From Takakia lepidozioides (lineage: Eukaryota > Plantae > Bryophyta): 64,000 bases of DNA. This document shows, one piece after another, positions 12,418 through 24,355 of this stretch. A program made the position numbers and the translations under genes. The DNA is taken from NCBI GenBank assembly GCA_030704615.1, contig CM060734.1, forward strand, positions 60,822,001 to 60,886,000. The letters are read 5' to 3'. The notes under the pieces are model-generated. The model saw nothing but the letters and a program-made list of their open reading frames with translations. It searched no databases and had not been told where the DNA came from. The first letter of the stretch is position 1. Every line of letters begins with the position of its first letter.

Positions 12418-12840
12418 TTCTGAGGCGGCTTATTCGGGGGCGGCCTTTCCAGTTACATACGGATTGGAGTATGTTGGGGATTGGAGCAGTGCTCACACAA
12501 GTAGATGATGAGGGAAGAGAGTTCATAGTGGCATATGCTAGCCGCTCGAACAATGATGCCGAGGCGAAGTATAGTTCCTATGAAGGGGAGTGTCTAGCTG
12601 CGGTATGGGCAGTGACACATTTCAGATGCTACCTCTATGATAATCTCTTCACCCTTATCACGGATCACCAACCATTGAAGTGGTTGATGGAGTCAGACAA
12701 GCTTACTTGGAAGCTTGCACGGTGGAGGCTTATGCTTCAAGAGTATGACTTCCAAGTGGTGCATCGAGCCGGTATTGTCAATCGGGATGCAGATGGATTG
12801 AGTCGTAATCCATGCACGAGCGAGCATGATGACTGGGAGC
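12418..12840 (+). pseudogene. Ty3/Gypsy RNase H
   Basis: PFQLHTDWSMLGIGAVLTQ, YASRSNNDAEAKYSSYEGECLAAVWAV, TDHQPLKWL and NRDADGLSR. Confidence 0.92.
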
Positions 12841-13149
12841 TCGGTGGCATGGTGAGACGGATGAGGAGATGGTGCCAGGATGGCATGCATTGGCTTTTTT
12901 GTGCATTCTAGCAATGGGAGCTCAAGCTAGTTCATCTCATGCGATTGGTCATGTAGATAGCGTGCATGACGATCCAGAGACTAGTAAGGAGTTTGGTGGT
13001 GCTAAGGATGTACATGAAGATGCAGCAGTGTTGGCCTACCTTCGTACCGGAGAGACAGCAGCCAATGTGACTGCTAAGGAGAGAGATCGGATCCTACAAC
13101 GAGACAGAGGCTCAAGTGGGAGGGGATTCACCTACTCCGGGTATAGGAG

Positions 13150-14290
13150 GATGGACGAGTGAGGATTGTGCCTCATCCAACACAACGAGCGCGATTGGTA
13201 CGTCATGCCCATGAGGAGTTGGGACATTTTGGGATGCGACGCACTCATAGTTTGCTGCAAGGCAGTATTGGTGGCGGGGCATGCACACGGATGTGCAACA
13301 GTTAGGCAAGGTGCATGATGTGTGATAGAGTGCGGGCTCTTTCAACGCCCCTACTCCACAATTGCATCCTTTACCCATTATGGGTTTGGGCTATCGTTGG
13401 AATCTTGACTTCGCAGGTCCATTGCCATTGACAATTCGCCATAACAAATATGTGTTGGTGATGGTGGAACACTTCTCCAAATAGATTGAACTGGTGGCAT
13501 TGCCTGACAAGGCAAGTGAGAGGGTTGCGTATGCATTCTTAGATCGAGTGCTTAGCCATTTTGGTGCTCCAGCCGAGGTACTCACGGACCAGGGGAGAGA
13601 GTTCTGGGGAGTTTCAGGCTTTGTGTGAGCAAGCCTTGATAGATCACCGCACTACTTCTCGGGATCATCCCGAGACTGATGGCTTGGCGGAGAGAGTTAT
13701 TCAGACAGTCAAGAGAGGTTTGCGCAAGTACGGTTTGCAGAAGGGGCACCTAGGAGATTGGGACCTTCAGCTGCCTTGGCTAGCTATGGGCTATAGGTTC
13801 AGCAAACAAGCTTTACTTGTCTCCTTCTCACCTTACTTTCTTCTCTTCGGCCGATAGCCGGATTTGCCTGCATCTATTCGCAGGAAGGCTGCAGTAGTTC
13901 TTAACCTTGATGATCCGGATCTGTGGACACAAGTATATACCCAGCGGGCAGAATTGTTCAAGAGAGTCATGCCTATGGCATTTGAGAACCTTGCTATTGC
14001 CCAACACCGAGACACATTGAGGTACGCCACTATACGTGGAGGGGGATATCGGCCAAGTGTTCAACGTTTCCACCCTGGGGACTATGTGTATTTGCAGCAG
14101 ACAGCGCCTATAACCTTAGATGTCACAACAAGACGTGTGATTCTAAGGGTCAGGGAGGTGTTGCCTTCAGGAGTGTTGATCCTGGAGGGTCGAGATGACA
14201 TGGTATGAAAGGACCATGTGCGCAATTGTGCGCCATGTCAATTTTCACATGTGGATGAGAGGATAGATCCCAACCTTGCAGTGGTACCTG
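13150..14290 (+). pseudogene. Gypsy DDE integrase (HHCC zinc finger plus core), frameshifted
   Basis: HAHEELGHFG...YWWRGM...C..CD, RWNLDFAGPLP, EVLTDQG, HPETDGLAER and FSPYFLLFGR. Confidence 0.92.
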
Positions 14291-14294
14291 CAGG

Positions 14295-14440
14295 GTTGCG
14301 TTGCATGCTATGTGGGCATGCTGGTTTCCCCGCAACCATGTTGGTGTGTGACAAATGCTCAAGGGGGTGACACATGGGATGCTTGACACCGCCACTTGAG
14401 GAGGTTCCTATCGGGAAAAATGGTTGTGTCCACTATGTCT
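14295..14440 (+). pseudogene. PHD finger at the integrase C-terminus
   Basis: RCMLCGHAGFPATMLVCDKCSRG*HMGCLTPPLEEVP...WLCPLC fits C4HC3 with the conserved Trp. Confidence 0.85.
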
Positions 14441-14697
14441 TAGACAGAGGTAGTGGGCATGACGACGATGAGGCGGACAAGTGATCCAAGGTCTAGCTAG
14501 TGGGGCTTCAATGCCATGGATACTCAACTGAAGATCATGGATTGCATGAAGGCGACTAACGATGGGGCTACGTTTGCACCCGGCCTCTTGATCTATCGAC
14601 TTCAGGTGTTGGGACTTGTGCGATTGAAGACCAAGCGATGATCTTATTGGGGTGAATACTTGCAAACTATCCGGTGTTAGAGGGACCTAATCACCAG

Positions 14698-14708
14698 CTA
14701 GGGGGGCG
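14698..14708 (+). promoter_or_regulatory. Polypurine tract of family A
   Basis: CTAGGGGGGCG followed by AT and then TG of Y1; the same motif is present in family B. Confidence 0.8.
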
Positions 14709-14710
14709 AT

Positions 14711-15223
14711 TGTGGCGTGGCTCTACGACTATATGCTAGGAGTGTGGGACAATGATGTATGTTGTGGCACGATGCTTAGGTGCACGACAGCTGTCATGGT
14801 TTTGTTTGTGATTAGTTAGAAATAGTTATTTCTAACTAATTAGGGCATTATACATTTATATTTGTATTTTGTTGGCATTGGGACTTCATTTGGTTCCATG
14901 TGCCAAGTGAGGTGGCGAACCTCACTTGGGACGTGGGGAGGTTATCTCCACGTGACGTAGGCAGGCTCATCTTCTTCTAGTCGAGCCTCCCGAGGCCTCT
15001 CTCGTCGCCATAGCTCTAGTTTTTGAGATGGAGAGTGGGTGAGGTCTGTACGGTGGAGTCCTTTAGCAAAGGTGCCATTGGCTTGACTTATATAACGTGA
15101 TAGAGTGGTTTTTCCTCTTTTCACCATTTCCGTATCATTGTGGCGTGGCTTTCTAGGACTATATGCTAGGAAGTGTGGTTGGGCAACGATGTATGTTGTG
15201 GCACGATGCTTAGGTGCACGACA
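14711..15223 (+). repeat. Family A 3' terminal array Y1-GC-X2-T-Y2
   Basis: Y1 14711-14789, GC 14790-14791, X2 14792-15137, T 15138, Y2 15139-15223. Confidence 0.92.
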
Positions 15224-17688
15224 ATTTCCTTACCGTTGATAGAAAAGAAAAATTTCTTTCTCATCAAAATCGCAATCAGTCAAATGTCCTTGTCAACCAT
15301 TTGGAAAAACCCTTAGTCTCACCTCCATCGCGAGCCCGCCATTGGCTGCTCCAATGCACTCTCTGATTTGGACCATTCGCAAATCAATTATTACTATGGA
15401 CTCGGCTACTAAGTTAAGTTATATGATTGTTACAATTTCGGTGTATGATAATTTTGGGGAATTATCAAATAACGATCCGTAGGCCTCTCTATTTTTGCAG
15501 ACCGAGCAGACCAAGTACCTACATACAACTCCCTGTTGCTCCATTCTCTGAACGAGGAACAATATCTGAACATCTGTACTTTGTTGCATTCTTGGTAGGA
15601 TTGATCTCTGATCAATCTGGCATCGACATTTCATAAGGTCGAAGCGGAATGCTTTTCGTTGTGTTCTGATAAATTCCCTTCCTTGATGTCTCTTTGTATA
15701 CAAATGTTCTATCTTCCCAAATGTTTTTTCCTTCTATTTGAGTATTGATTCCGTCTACGAATCGACAGACTTGCAAGAAGAGGAGGGCGAGAGAGATGAG
15801 CATAAGTCAGTGATGTCAGTGATGGGTAAGGTGCTGTTGTGCAAGGAAGACAAAGCCTGAAAGCCAAGTAGGCTGTGGGAGGGCTGACACTTCCATAGCT
15901 ACCCATCAACTTATCGAGGTTTTGCCTGCCCCATCCCCTTCTCTTCGAAGCCGTGAGTCAATGCCGATGTAATGATTCAGCATTATGGATGTTGAGTTTT
16001 CAAAACAGCGCAGTGTCATCAGTTGCAAGAAAGTCTCTGGCAGTCTATCATCTGCAGAACGATTGGAGGAGTAGGGGAAACACATGGAAACGGTCGGTGT
16101 GGAGATTATTCACATTAGGTGCCAGGAGCCATCCTCACACACCAAAAATCAACACCATGACCAATCAACATGACATTTACCTTTGTATGCGCATTCACGG
16201 CTGGTCAATGTGCAAACCCAGAAAATAACGAATAAAATCGTTACACTGAAACCTTATGCTTTCTGCACATTTCCCTCTCTCATTCTTTCTATCGAACTGC
16301 TGGGCAATGTGGTCCGTAGGAAAAAAGGAGAGTTGAGTGATAGGAAAAGGAGTGTGGCTACGGCACCGACAAGGCAACAGTCTGCGCACAATGAAGACGT
16401 TGGGTTAGAAAAAAGAGAAAGTCAACAAAGGCATTGTGATGAGGCATCGTCAGCGCACATTCGGCTGTCACCTGCATCTGCTTTTGGCACAGCATCTGCC
16501 ACTGTTCTCATTTCTCCTGACGAGTGTGCCAAGTCCCCCTGCTCGCCTGCAGCAACTTTCCCAAGTTAGGAGTTCGGAGTTAGAGGACTCGGACTGCGGA
16601 TGCCATCTCCTGCCATTCATGGGCTACTTTGGGTTGTTCTATAACGGCAACTGATTCCTAAGAGAGATCCTTTTTCCCGGAAAGATTTTGAAGGGCGGGG
16701 GAAAGAATAACTCCCTTTCTTATACATCAAGTCCTGATTTTAGAAGCAAACTCCAGCTTTTGAAATCAAACGATATGTAAGCAGCTTGCCTGTGCGAAAT
16801 TTGTCTTAAGTTTGTCCGATGCCTCCCTTCTGAAAGGCCTCATATCAATTCACTGCCCAGTGCCCCCCGGGGTGCCAGTTTTGCTACATAGACATGCAGC
16901 ATTCCCAAGTAAGAATTTATTAGTGCTGCCAACAAAGGCATACACGCATCCATATGCAAAACAGTACCGAGACTTTATATAAATTGTGGCGGGACAAGAA
17001 TGATAAGAAATTGTGTTACAATTGGCGCATTGAATGATCTCCTTTATGGCACACCCGCCATGCATTTCGCCTACAAGCTACCAAGTCCTCGTGCAGAAAG
17101 AAGTCTCTAATAACAAGGAAACCCAACTCTATCTTGACGGTTTTTCTCCGGATTCCACTTTGCAATGAATCCCACATTAAGGGAGCTGACACAGAGCTGC
17201 ATGTTCTTAGGCCACAAAAAGATATGGCCACTTAGGGACTATGTATGTAATTGGCAGGCACTAATCACGCTCTAATCGCAGTTTAACGTCGCTATGATGG
17301 GCCGCTCGTGGGGCCCATTCTTAATTGCCTGCCTAGCCACCTTCTTCTCCCTCCCTCCCCACTTTTCATGCCACAATCCTCTGCACACTCTTCATCTTCG
17401 CTTGGCTGTCACCTCAGTGCTCCCCGTGACTAGTCTCGTCCTCTTTTGTTTCGTCTGCTGCAACGGCTGTTACGTCTCCTGAGGCAATGTGGATCTCGTG
17501 AGATCTCAGACTATTCACTCCTTTGAATGGGCCGGCTCAAGTCATCCCTTGTACATGCAGCTCTCCGTTGTTCAGTTTCTTTCATGACTCGCGCGCATCT
17601 CTGTCTATAGTGATGCTATCTGTCGTGGGGTGCGCATAGAGCTGTGCAAATTTCAGAGATTAACGTGCTCGATACCGAGGTCTACAAA

Positions 17689-19892
17689 ATGTGGCGACTG
17701 GGCGGTCTGTTGCTGGCATGTGGGGTCTTGTTACAGTGGCAGATGGCGTTTGCCGGGAACCCAGCTGCTCTGGTCCCTCCTTCAGGCAACAGGTTGTCTG
17801 TTTCTTCCAGTGTAGTTCCTGCGCATATAGACAGCATTGTAGAGGTCGAACGCATTTTCGATGTTGTCATTCATCTAGGTCCTCACTCTCGCTTGCCTTT
17901 CTTCTGAAGGCAGACAGGGCTTGGGGATGAGGATACAGCTATCGAACAAGTTATCTAATAACGTTTGTGAGGAAGTGAAAGTAGCTGTGCCAGGGTATAT
18001 ACCGTAACATGTGATGAAGTAAGCAACATTAGGAAGTTAGATGCACCAATGCAGGAACATAGTTCGCAGAATTTGTAATTTCTCTTACTGTAGTTGTGAG
18101 GAAATTTTTGGAGAGCTACAGCTGAGTCTAACGAAGAAATACACTATCTGCAATCACTTTCAATGTTCCTCTTTTTTAAATGCTTGAACTTCAATGTGTA
18201 TGTAGTCAGTGTAGTGGTACCAGTGTAGTCTGCATCACACACCTTACCTCGTTAGGGAGCCTCAGAATTTGGACCTCATCTTCGTGACACTGTAGCTGCC
18301 TACAAGTTGTTCTCAATGATGGCTGAAGACAATGAACTTCCCTGGTCTAGTTTTGGTTTACAGGTCAGAGACTTTTAGCTTTTCCTCTCATTGCATCATG
18401 TGGTGCGGATGTGGGACTGACTTCAGTTGTGTGACTCAACAACAGTCTTTCCTTCTCAGCCAAGGCCAGCGGAGCAAGGGAGATCTACGAGTGCACCAGT
18501 GGCCGAGTGTGGAAGTACGTAGGAGGAGATTGCGACTTGGTTGATCCCGACACCCTCGGCAAAGTAGGGAGTTACGTCTCTTCATATGACGCCGCTAAGA
18601 AGAAGCCATCAGGGACTTGGACTCTCACGAACTCTGCTAGTGACGCTGCTGAATCAGGAAGTGCTTACAGCACAGTGACAGGTGACGTTCGTCTTCTAAC
18701 TGGCTTAACAACAGCGTCTATGCTCTAGGATTATTAGTCTACCCATGGTTGAAAGGCAACATTTGGTCTGTGAGGATTATAGATACCTGGCTGCAACTCT
18801 GCATTGACTGTTAGGAGTATACCAGCTTGATTGCACGTCAACAAGTTTGCACATTGGAGGTGAATTGTGGTACAACGTGAAGATCTTTGCGTGCTCGGCT
18901 GAAGGCAGTACTTCGTTTATCTAGAAAGGTTTTTGGCTGGGGAACTACCATTCTCATCCTCTGGACACCCTCTCAACTTGTGTGGAGATTCTGGTCGGAG
19001 ATTCTGGTCGGGGTTGCACTTTTATCACGATCCGAGCTGATTTGGTGGTGATCAATGTTATCTTTTGCAGGTACGCCAATGAAGTTGATGTCCCTGAGTG
19101 CTAAAAGCATGCCAGCGGCGTTGTGCCAAGCAACATCTCATCAGTTTAAGGGAGCAGCAGCAGCCGTATCTTACATCGTTCGCTCCAATCCGAAGGGTGG
19201 GCTGGCTCCCCCCGCGTCCCTGTGCACAACTGAAGGTGCAACTGTGGACGTCCCTTACTCGGCCGTGTTTGAATTCTACAATCAAGACACCGTCCCCCCG
19301 TTTGTTCCAAATCAGCTCAACGTGCCAAATGGGCGCGTTGTAGACGGCTTCTTTGCCAGAGGGGCAATCAAGTATGTGTCCACTCCTGGCGGATGGAAAC
19401 AGAAGGCCATTTCTGCGAGGCTGTATGATGTACCTGGCGGGACCATGGTGGGAGATGTTTCCCTTCTGCGAAAGCCTGACAAGTTCGGCAGCAGGTTGAT
19501 GTGGCAGCTTTACAACCCGAATGGGTTCTCTCTCGTTGGCCAAGCGTGCTCCAAGCCCGTTTCTATGTACAAAGATGCGATTCCTTGGCAGCTGGTGAAG
19601 GTCACCAGCAGCGGTGGGAATCAGTAAGTCAACCTCTCTTTCGTTATCTGTCTTGGATACGTATGTTCTTCAAGCCTTGAGTCTTGTTAGCTTTGGTTGT
19701 GGACTCCTGAGCTCACTAGTCGGGCAATGTTGGTGTGTATACAGGTCAGAAGTGGGACCATACACACATGTTTTGATGGTGTCGACAGAGGGAGGTATGG
19801 AGCCCCAGACGAAAATGAGCAGCGAGACCGCAGGACTAGTGTGGACCTCTTCATTCTCATGCATTTTCTGGTTGTTCGCAAGCGGGCCATAG
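17689..19892 (+). CDS. Secreted protein with two tandem DUF3455-like domains; exons 17689-17792, 18446-18681, 19071-19623, 19745-19892
   Basis: GT-AG introns join the exons in phase. Signal-peptide-like MWRLGGLLLACGVLLQWQMAFAG. Domain motifs ASGAREIYEC, VSYIVRSNPKGGLAP..C....VDVPYSAVFEFY, DAIPWQLVK and THVLMVSTEGG. Confidence 0.75.
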
Positions 19893-22800
19893 CTCCTGAG
19901 GGCAGCGAACTCCCATAAAAGGGCAACTGGATACGTTCATATATCTGTTTAATTAATATGTACCCTAGGATCCATCCCTTTCATATAGTGGCTGACAGGA
20001 ACTGTTTTCCACCAAAATGCAAAGCTCATTTGAGGGTGTACAGTGCGAAGATGATGAGAGCTATCTAGATGAGTCTCCAGGTTGTGTTTGAGAGCTCTGT
20101 TGTGTATGAATGAGATCTCGAGAAGTGACCAACACCGCCATGGCTCACACAGCCTTATAGATTTGACAGAGAGGTTGTGTGCTGCTTCTCACCGGGCGGC
20201 TGTGGAGTGGCAGAGTAATCTTGCATGCCAGGAAGTTTTGAAAGTCCATTTCTGTGGCCAGTGTCGTCATAGATTGTAGCAACTGTGCGTAGACGGTTGT
20301 CCAGATATCTCAAGAGGCATGGTTATGTACCATTGTATGAACTTAATAAGTATATCATAATGCACGCCCAGATGCTCACTGCAGCCAGGCATGCATACTT
20401 TCCGTTATTTCCCTCTCCAATTGTTTCTCACACTAAGTAGTGGCCCATTGAAGATGCCATATTTCTGAAGCATTCAGGTGTGTGCCCTTTCATAACATTC
20501 TTCTCCTCCACTATCAGCTGGCATCCTCTGCAAACTTGTCGACCTCACCTTCAAGGAAGTGAGAATTACGGGGTTTACTTGTTGTACTCCCTGCAACGAT
20601 GCTTCCGGCCAAATTATTTCCGTCAATGTCGAGTCAAGTCTGGTTCAAGGGCGTGTTTGAATGTGCCAACTGATGATCCTTGCAGCACTAGTCTTCGACG
20701 TAAGCATCGCTGCATTGTTGTCTCCAGTCACTCCTCCACCGTACCAATTTCATGGCTTCTAAGTGATTGTAAACAGCAGCAGTAAAAAATTGTTAAACAT
20801 TCTTCCTCATTTGTACGTTACAAACGGTCTCCATCAGCATATCGTGTTCCATGGCTATTCTATGTAACAGCGTCTGCACCGTGTCTGATGGGGGAACCCC
20901 ACTAAAGCTGCCGCTGAAGTCAGAAACACGCACCCACTAGCAACACAATCCCAACTTCAGCTTCGTGGTCCCTACCGGCCTACCAGCAGGCATGACCCCA
21001 TTAAGTGCGCGTGCCATTCCGGGAGTTGTGAAGCTGACAACCAGAAACTGACGAATGCAGCAGATAGAATCCTCACAGACTCTACACCAGATTATCCTGT
21101 CAGTCTCCCGACTTTCTTGCGTGGAAGCGCCGTAACTGCCCACCGCACTCGCAGGCATCCAATGCTGTCTAACCCATGTTCACATGGCCCAATTGGTACA
21201 CGTGCCTCTTCTTGGAATTCTTATGATGGCTGAAACCTGAGATCGAGAAAACTTCAGTTAGAAACAGAGGGCATCCGATATCGCAGCTTGAGATTTCAAT
21301 GGAGCTCCAGAGTCAAAGCTGCAGCACTTTGACCTCTCCCGCACTCTGACATCACTTCTTCCACAGGCATCCACTACCCACTATCCTAATAAAACCTGAC
21401 ATTGATGATATCTTCCCGTTCTCTCCATGACAGTGACCACCGTCGCTTAGGTAGCATGACCAGTTTGTGCTCATCATTCTGATATCCTCACTTGAGCATT
21501 ATCCATTCGCAGACTCAGGTGTACCAATTTCATTTCGATTGCTGCTCACCCATCTTGCACCTGCAACGTTAATTCGTAGTACAGCAGACAAGCGACTTGC
21601 GCTGCTACTTACACTGAAGTAAAACTTCGTCACGCGTTTTAGGTTGGCTGCTGTGCACAACACTTTCATAAGGTGCTTGCTTCGAGCAGGGATGGTGATG
21701 GCATCCAATCTTCTTGGCCCCGCTCCCATTAGATCATGAATCCCTCATTCCAATCTCATCATGAGCATTGATTTCGTTCTCAAGTTTCACTCACTCTTTC
21801 TGTGCCCATTCTCTCGAGGTTGCCGTTGCTACTTACTAATAGAGCGAGTTATGAACTCCACAGTGATTCCACTTGCTGTTGCCAGACAGGTTGAAGCGAC
21901 CTTCTCATCCCAAGCTACTGCAGTTCAAAGCGCCGTGCCAGTGGAGACCACACTGATCGACATCTGTACACTTCAGGCTTGTCACTTTGGGGGCCCTTAT
22001 GTTTGGTGGGTAGAATAACCGAGCACTCAAACATTCGTCCTCGTCCTCGTGTCCAGTAAGTTCCATAATCTTGACAGGCCTGCGCATAAATCACCTTCTC
22101 AGAATGAAGACAGTTGGTCGAACAACGATGATCGGAAGGAGAAATTCTTGCTGGACATAAGGAAAGAGGATTGTAAACAACCCTCACAACGTACACAACC
22201 ATTCATCGCCATCGGGGTAACAAGAGCTCTTGAACCACTCACGACTGAATATAAGAAACCCAATCCTTCATGCAGATGTCCAAATGGAGCTTATCAAACG
22301 TGTTTCCCACATCTTAAACCTGAGCTTCCATCCAAGTGATGGCGAGGTGATGGCCAGCCGGATAAGCATCTTCAAGAGCTCATCCTGGGAAGGAAAGAGA
22401 AATTTAGTTCTTGGGGTTGGCAAGGTACCGAACTTCAGATTCTCTCCAAATTTCAAATGATCGTCTAGAGATGTACATAAGAAGAAAAATTCATGCCAGA
22501 GTAAATCACGTGTCTTCCACCACAGAGGGACAACTTTACCATTTTGCACACAAAATAATCTCCCAAGTTCTGAATATGTACACCACCCGAGGCTGCAACT
22601 GGGCGCACCAAAGAAACAGAAAACAAGCAGCAGATACTGATATAGTATTGAGGTGCGATCACATGCATTGATGAGATGTTCCTCCCATTCATTGCATGGA
22701 GGATATACAGACTTACAGCTCTTGCTTCGTCTCGTTCTCTAACCAAGATAGAGAAATACCCACCTTGTTTTTGCAGAGTTCTGATTTTTCACATAGTATG

Positions 22801-23966
22801 CTGTTAGAAGTTCGGAGAGAGGCTACATTGACATACAATGGGTAAAGTGAGTTTCAGGCAGAGTGCATATGATTTAATGCATTCAGTACTCATGTATGCC
22901 ATAAGGATAAATTCCTGTAAGCATGCCAGTATCTCAACTCTGAAGAGGAGTTCTGGTCTTTAAGCTGGGCGCATCTATCTGCATAAATTCCGTTGCTCCA
23001 ATTACTAATGCCCATAATATCAGGACGTGATTCCAAGGATCTTGGGAGAAGGAAAACACCCTAGAGGTTGTTTGTTCATTCACCAGGCATGACAACTTTA
23101 GCCCCTGAGCTAGCTCTTGCACAAAACTGATATCCCACATACAGGACAATGCAGGGCCTACAACAATCTTGGAGACTTTTTGCAGCTCAATATCTACAAC
23201 AGGTGATCATGGGCACCACCACGTGCTCCAATGTCACTGAGGGATGTAGTCTTCTGAACTGTAGTACTCTGCCACAAGCCTGTAGATGTACGATGGATTA
23301 TGCCCCCTCTGACGTATAACAACCAGTGAAATAAGCATTAGTCCACAGAGGAAGGCAGACAGCAGCTTTAGACAACCAGAGGAGGGAAGGGAGATAGTCA
23401 CGTGTCTCTGTGATGAACAGTCTCACAAGCTGGGGTGGAATATAATGGAAGGTCAGGTTGACAAGATGTGTGTTAAAAATTTCCATTATTAGTTTGTGTT
23501 TAATGCAGAATTCTAAATATGTACATATATATATATATAGAGAGAGAGAACAGGGACAGCCTGGATTTAGTTTTATTCGAATTATTATGGGGAAAAAAAA
23601 CCCCAGCTGGACTAAGGCCGCCATAAGGCCTACACACAAGGCGGACGGTGACGGATATTCCGGTGAACAATAACGATAGAGCAGAGCTAAGCTACAGGAC
23701 TAATCCTGAAAATTGCAGGTACGATTTCCTTAAAGAAAGAATCCAACCAGGAATTAATTCAAAGGCTTAAGATAAACAAGACCAAGCCATTAAATGGCAG
23801 TAGACTAAGAGCATGGAGACTTAAACATCTTTGACATAATCATACTGGATCAAGAGACCAACCTTAGAAATAGAGGATAGAGGAGGTGAAGAGACGAGTC
23901 TATCTGAGGTAAGATAGCCTAGTCTTCGTGGAGGTCTTTACGTGTTTCCAATTGATGTCCGTCTTA

Positions 23967-24355
23967 TCAAATTCTGGGGAAGCGGAAGAGGAGGGTCCGC
24001 TGGTGCTGCCATTGAACAGGGATCTGCTTCGCCCACTCGCAGGAGTCTGCCCCAGAGCATCTGCAAATGAGCCCCCCTCTGCCCCAGGTTGATCTGAAGC
24101 GATCGAGGAGACCGAGATGACGTTCAAGGGCTCTGGCGATTTTTGCACTTATCATTTTCCAAGCAAGCTTAGCTGCAATGGTGAGGTCAAAGAAGATCCT
24201 AGTGAGAACAATAGTAGCAGTAGTGTTTGAGCCTTCCAGTGACCAGTTGCATCTTGCCCGCCAAAGATGCCATAGAGTGGCTGTCCTGAGGGCCTCAAAG
24301 ACCGGACACTTTGAGGCCAGGGATTTAGAGTTAGAATCGTAGTTTAAAAGAATGG
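23967..24355 (-). pseudogene. LINE ORF2 C-terminus (distal to the insertion)
   Basis: LWHLWRARC motif. Removing element B and one ATGG copy restores the in-frame read PVSNVAILLNYDS. Confidence 0.85.

Larger units (their letters stand above)
5611..15223 (+). mobile_element. Family A split-repeat Gypsy-type retrotransposon with DNMT and PHD domains (decayed; RT deleted; gag inverted)
   Basis: Ends are TGTCA...CGACA. Repeats: X1 5611-5958, Y1 14711-14789, X2 14792-15137, Y2 15139-15223. Polypurine tract (PPT) at 14698-14708. Flanks GTTT/ATTT match at 3 of 4 bases. Internal gag, protease, DNMT, RNase H, integrase and PHD motifs. Confidence 0.9.

Noticed and set aside
11422-12423. Bacterial restriction-modification methylase or host DNMT3 gene
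   Set aside because: It is intronless and embedded between protease and RT/RNase H at the same position in two retroelements.
14711-15223. Chance nesting of a solo LTR or tandem elements explaining Y-X-Y
   Set aside because: The same junctions occur in two divergent families, there are no internal TSDs, and in family B the TSD flanks the outer ends.
15230-17300. Short ORFs that might be gene or TE relics
   Set aside because: No recognisable motif or consistent exon structure.
20400-23300. Possible decayed gene (one LRR-like LDIDGNNLAGSI on the minus strand near 20600)
   Set aside because: A single weak motif among many stops; not supportable without a search.
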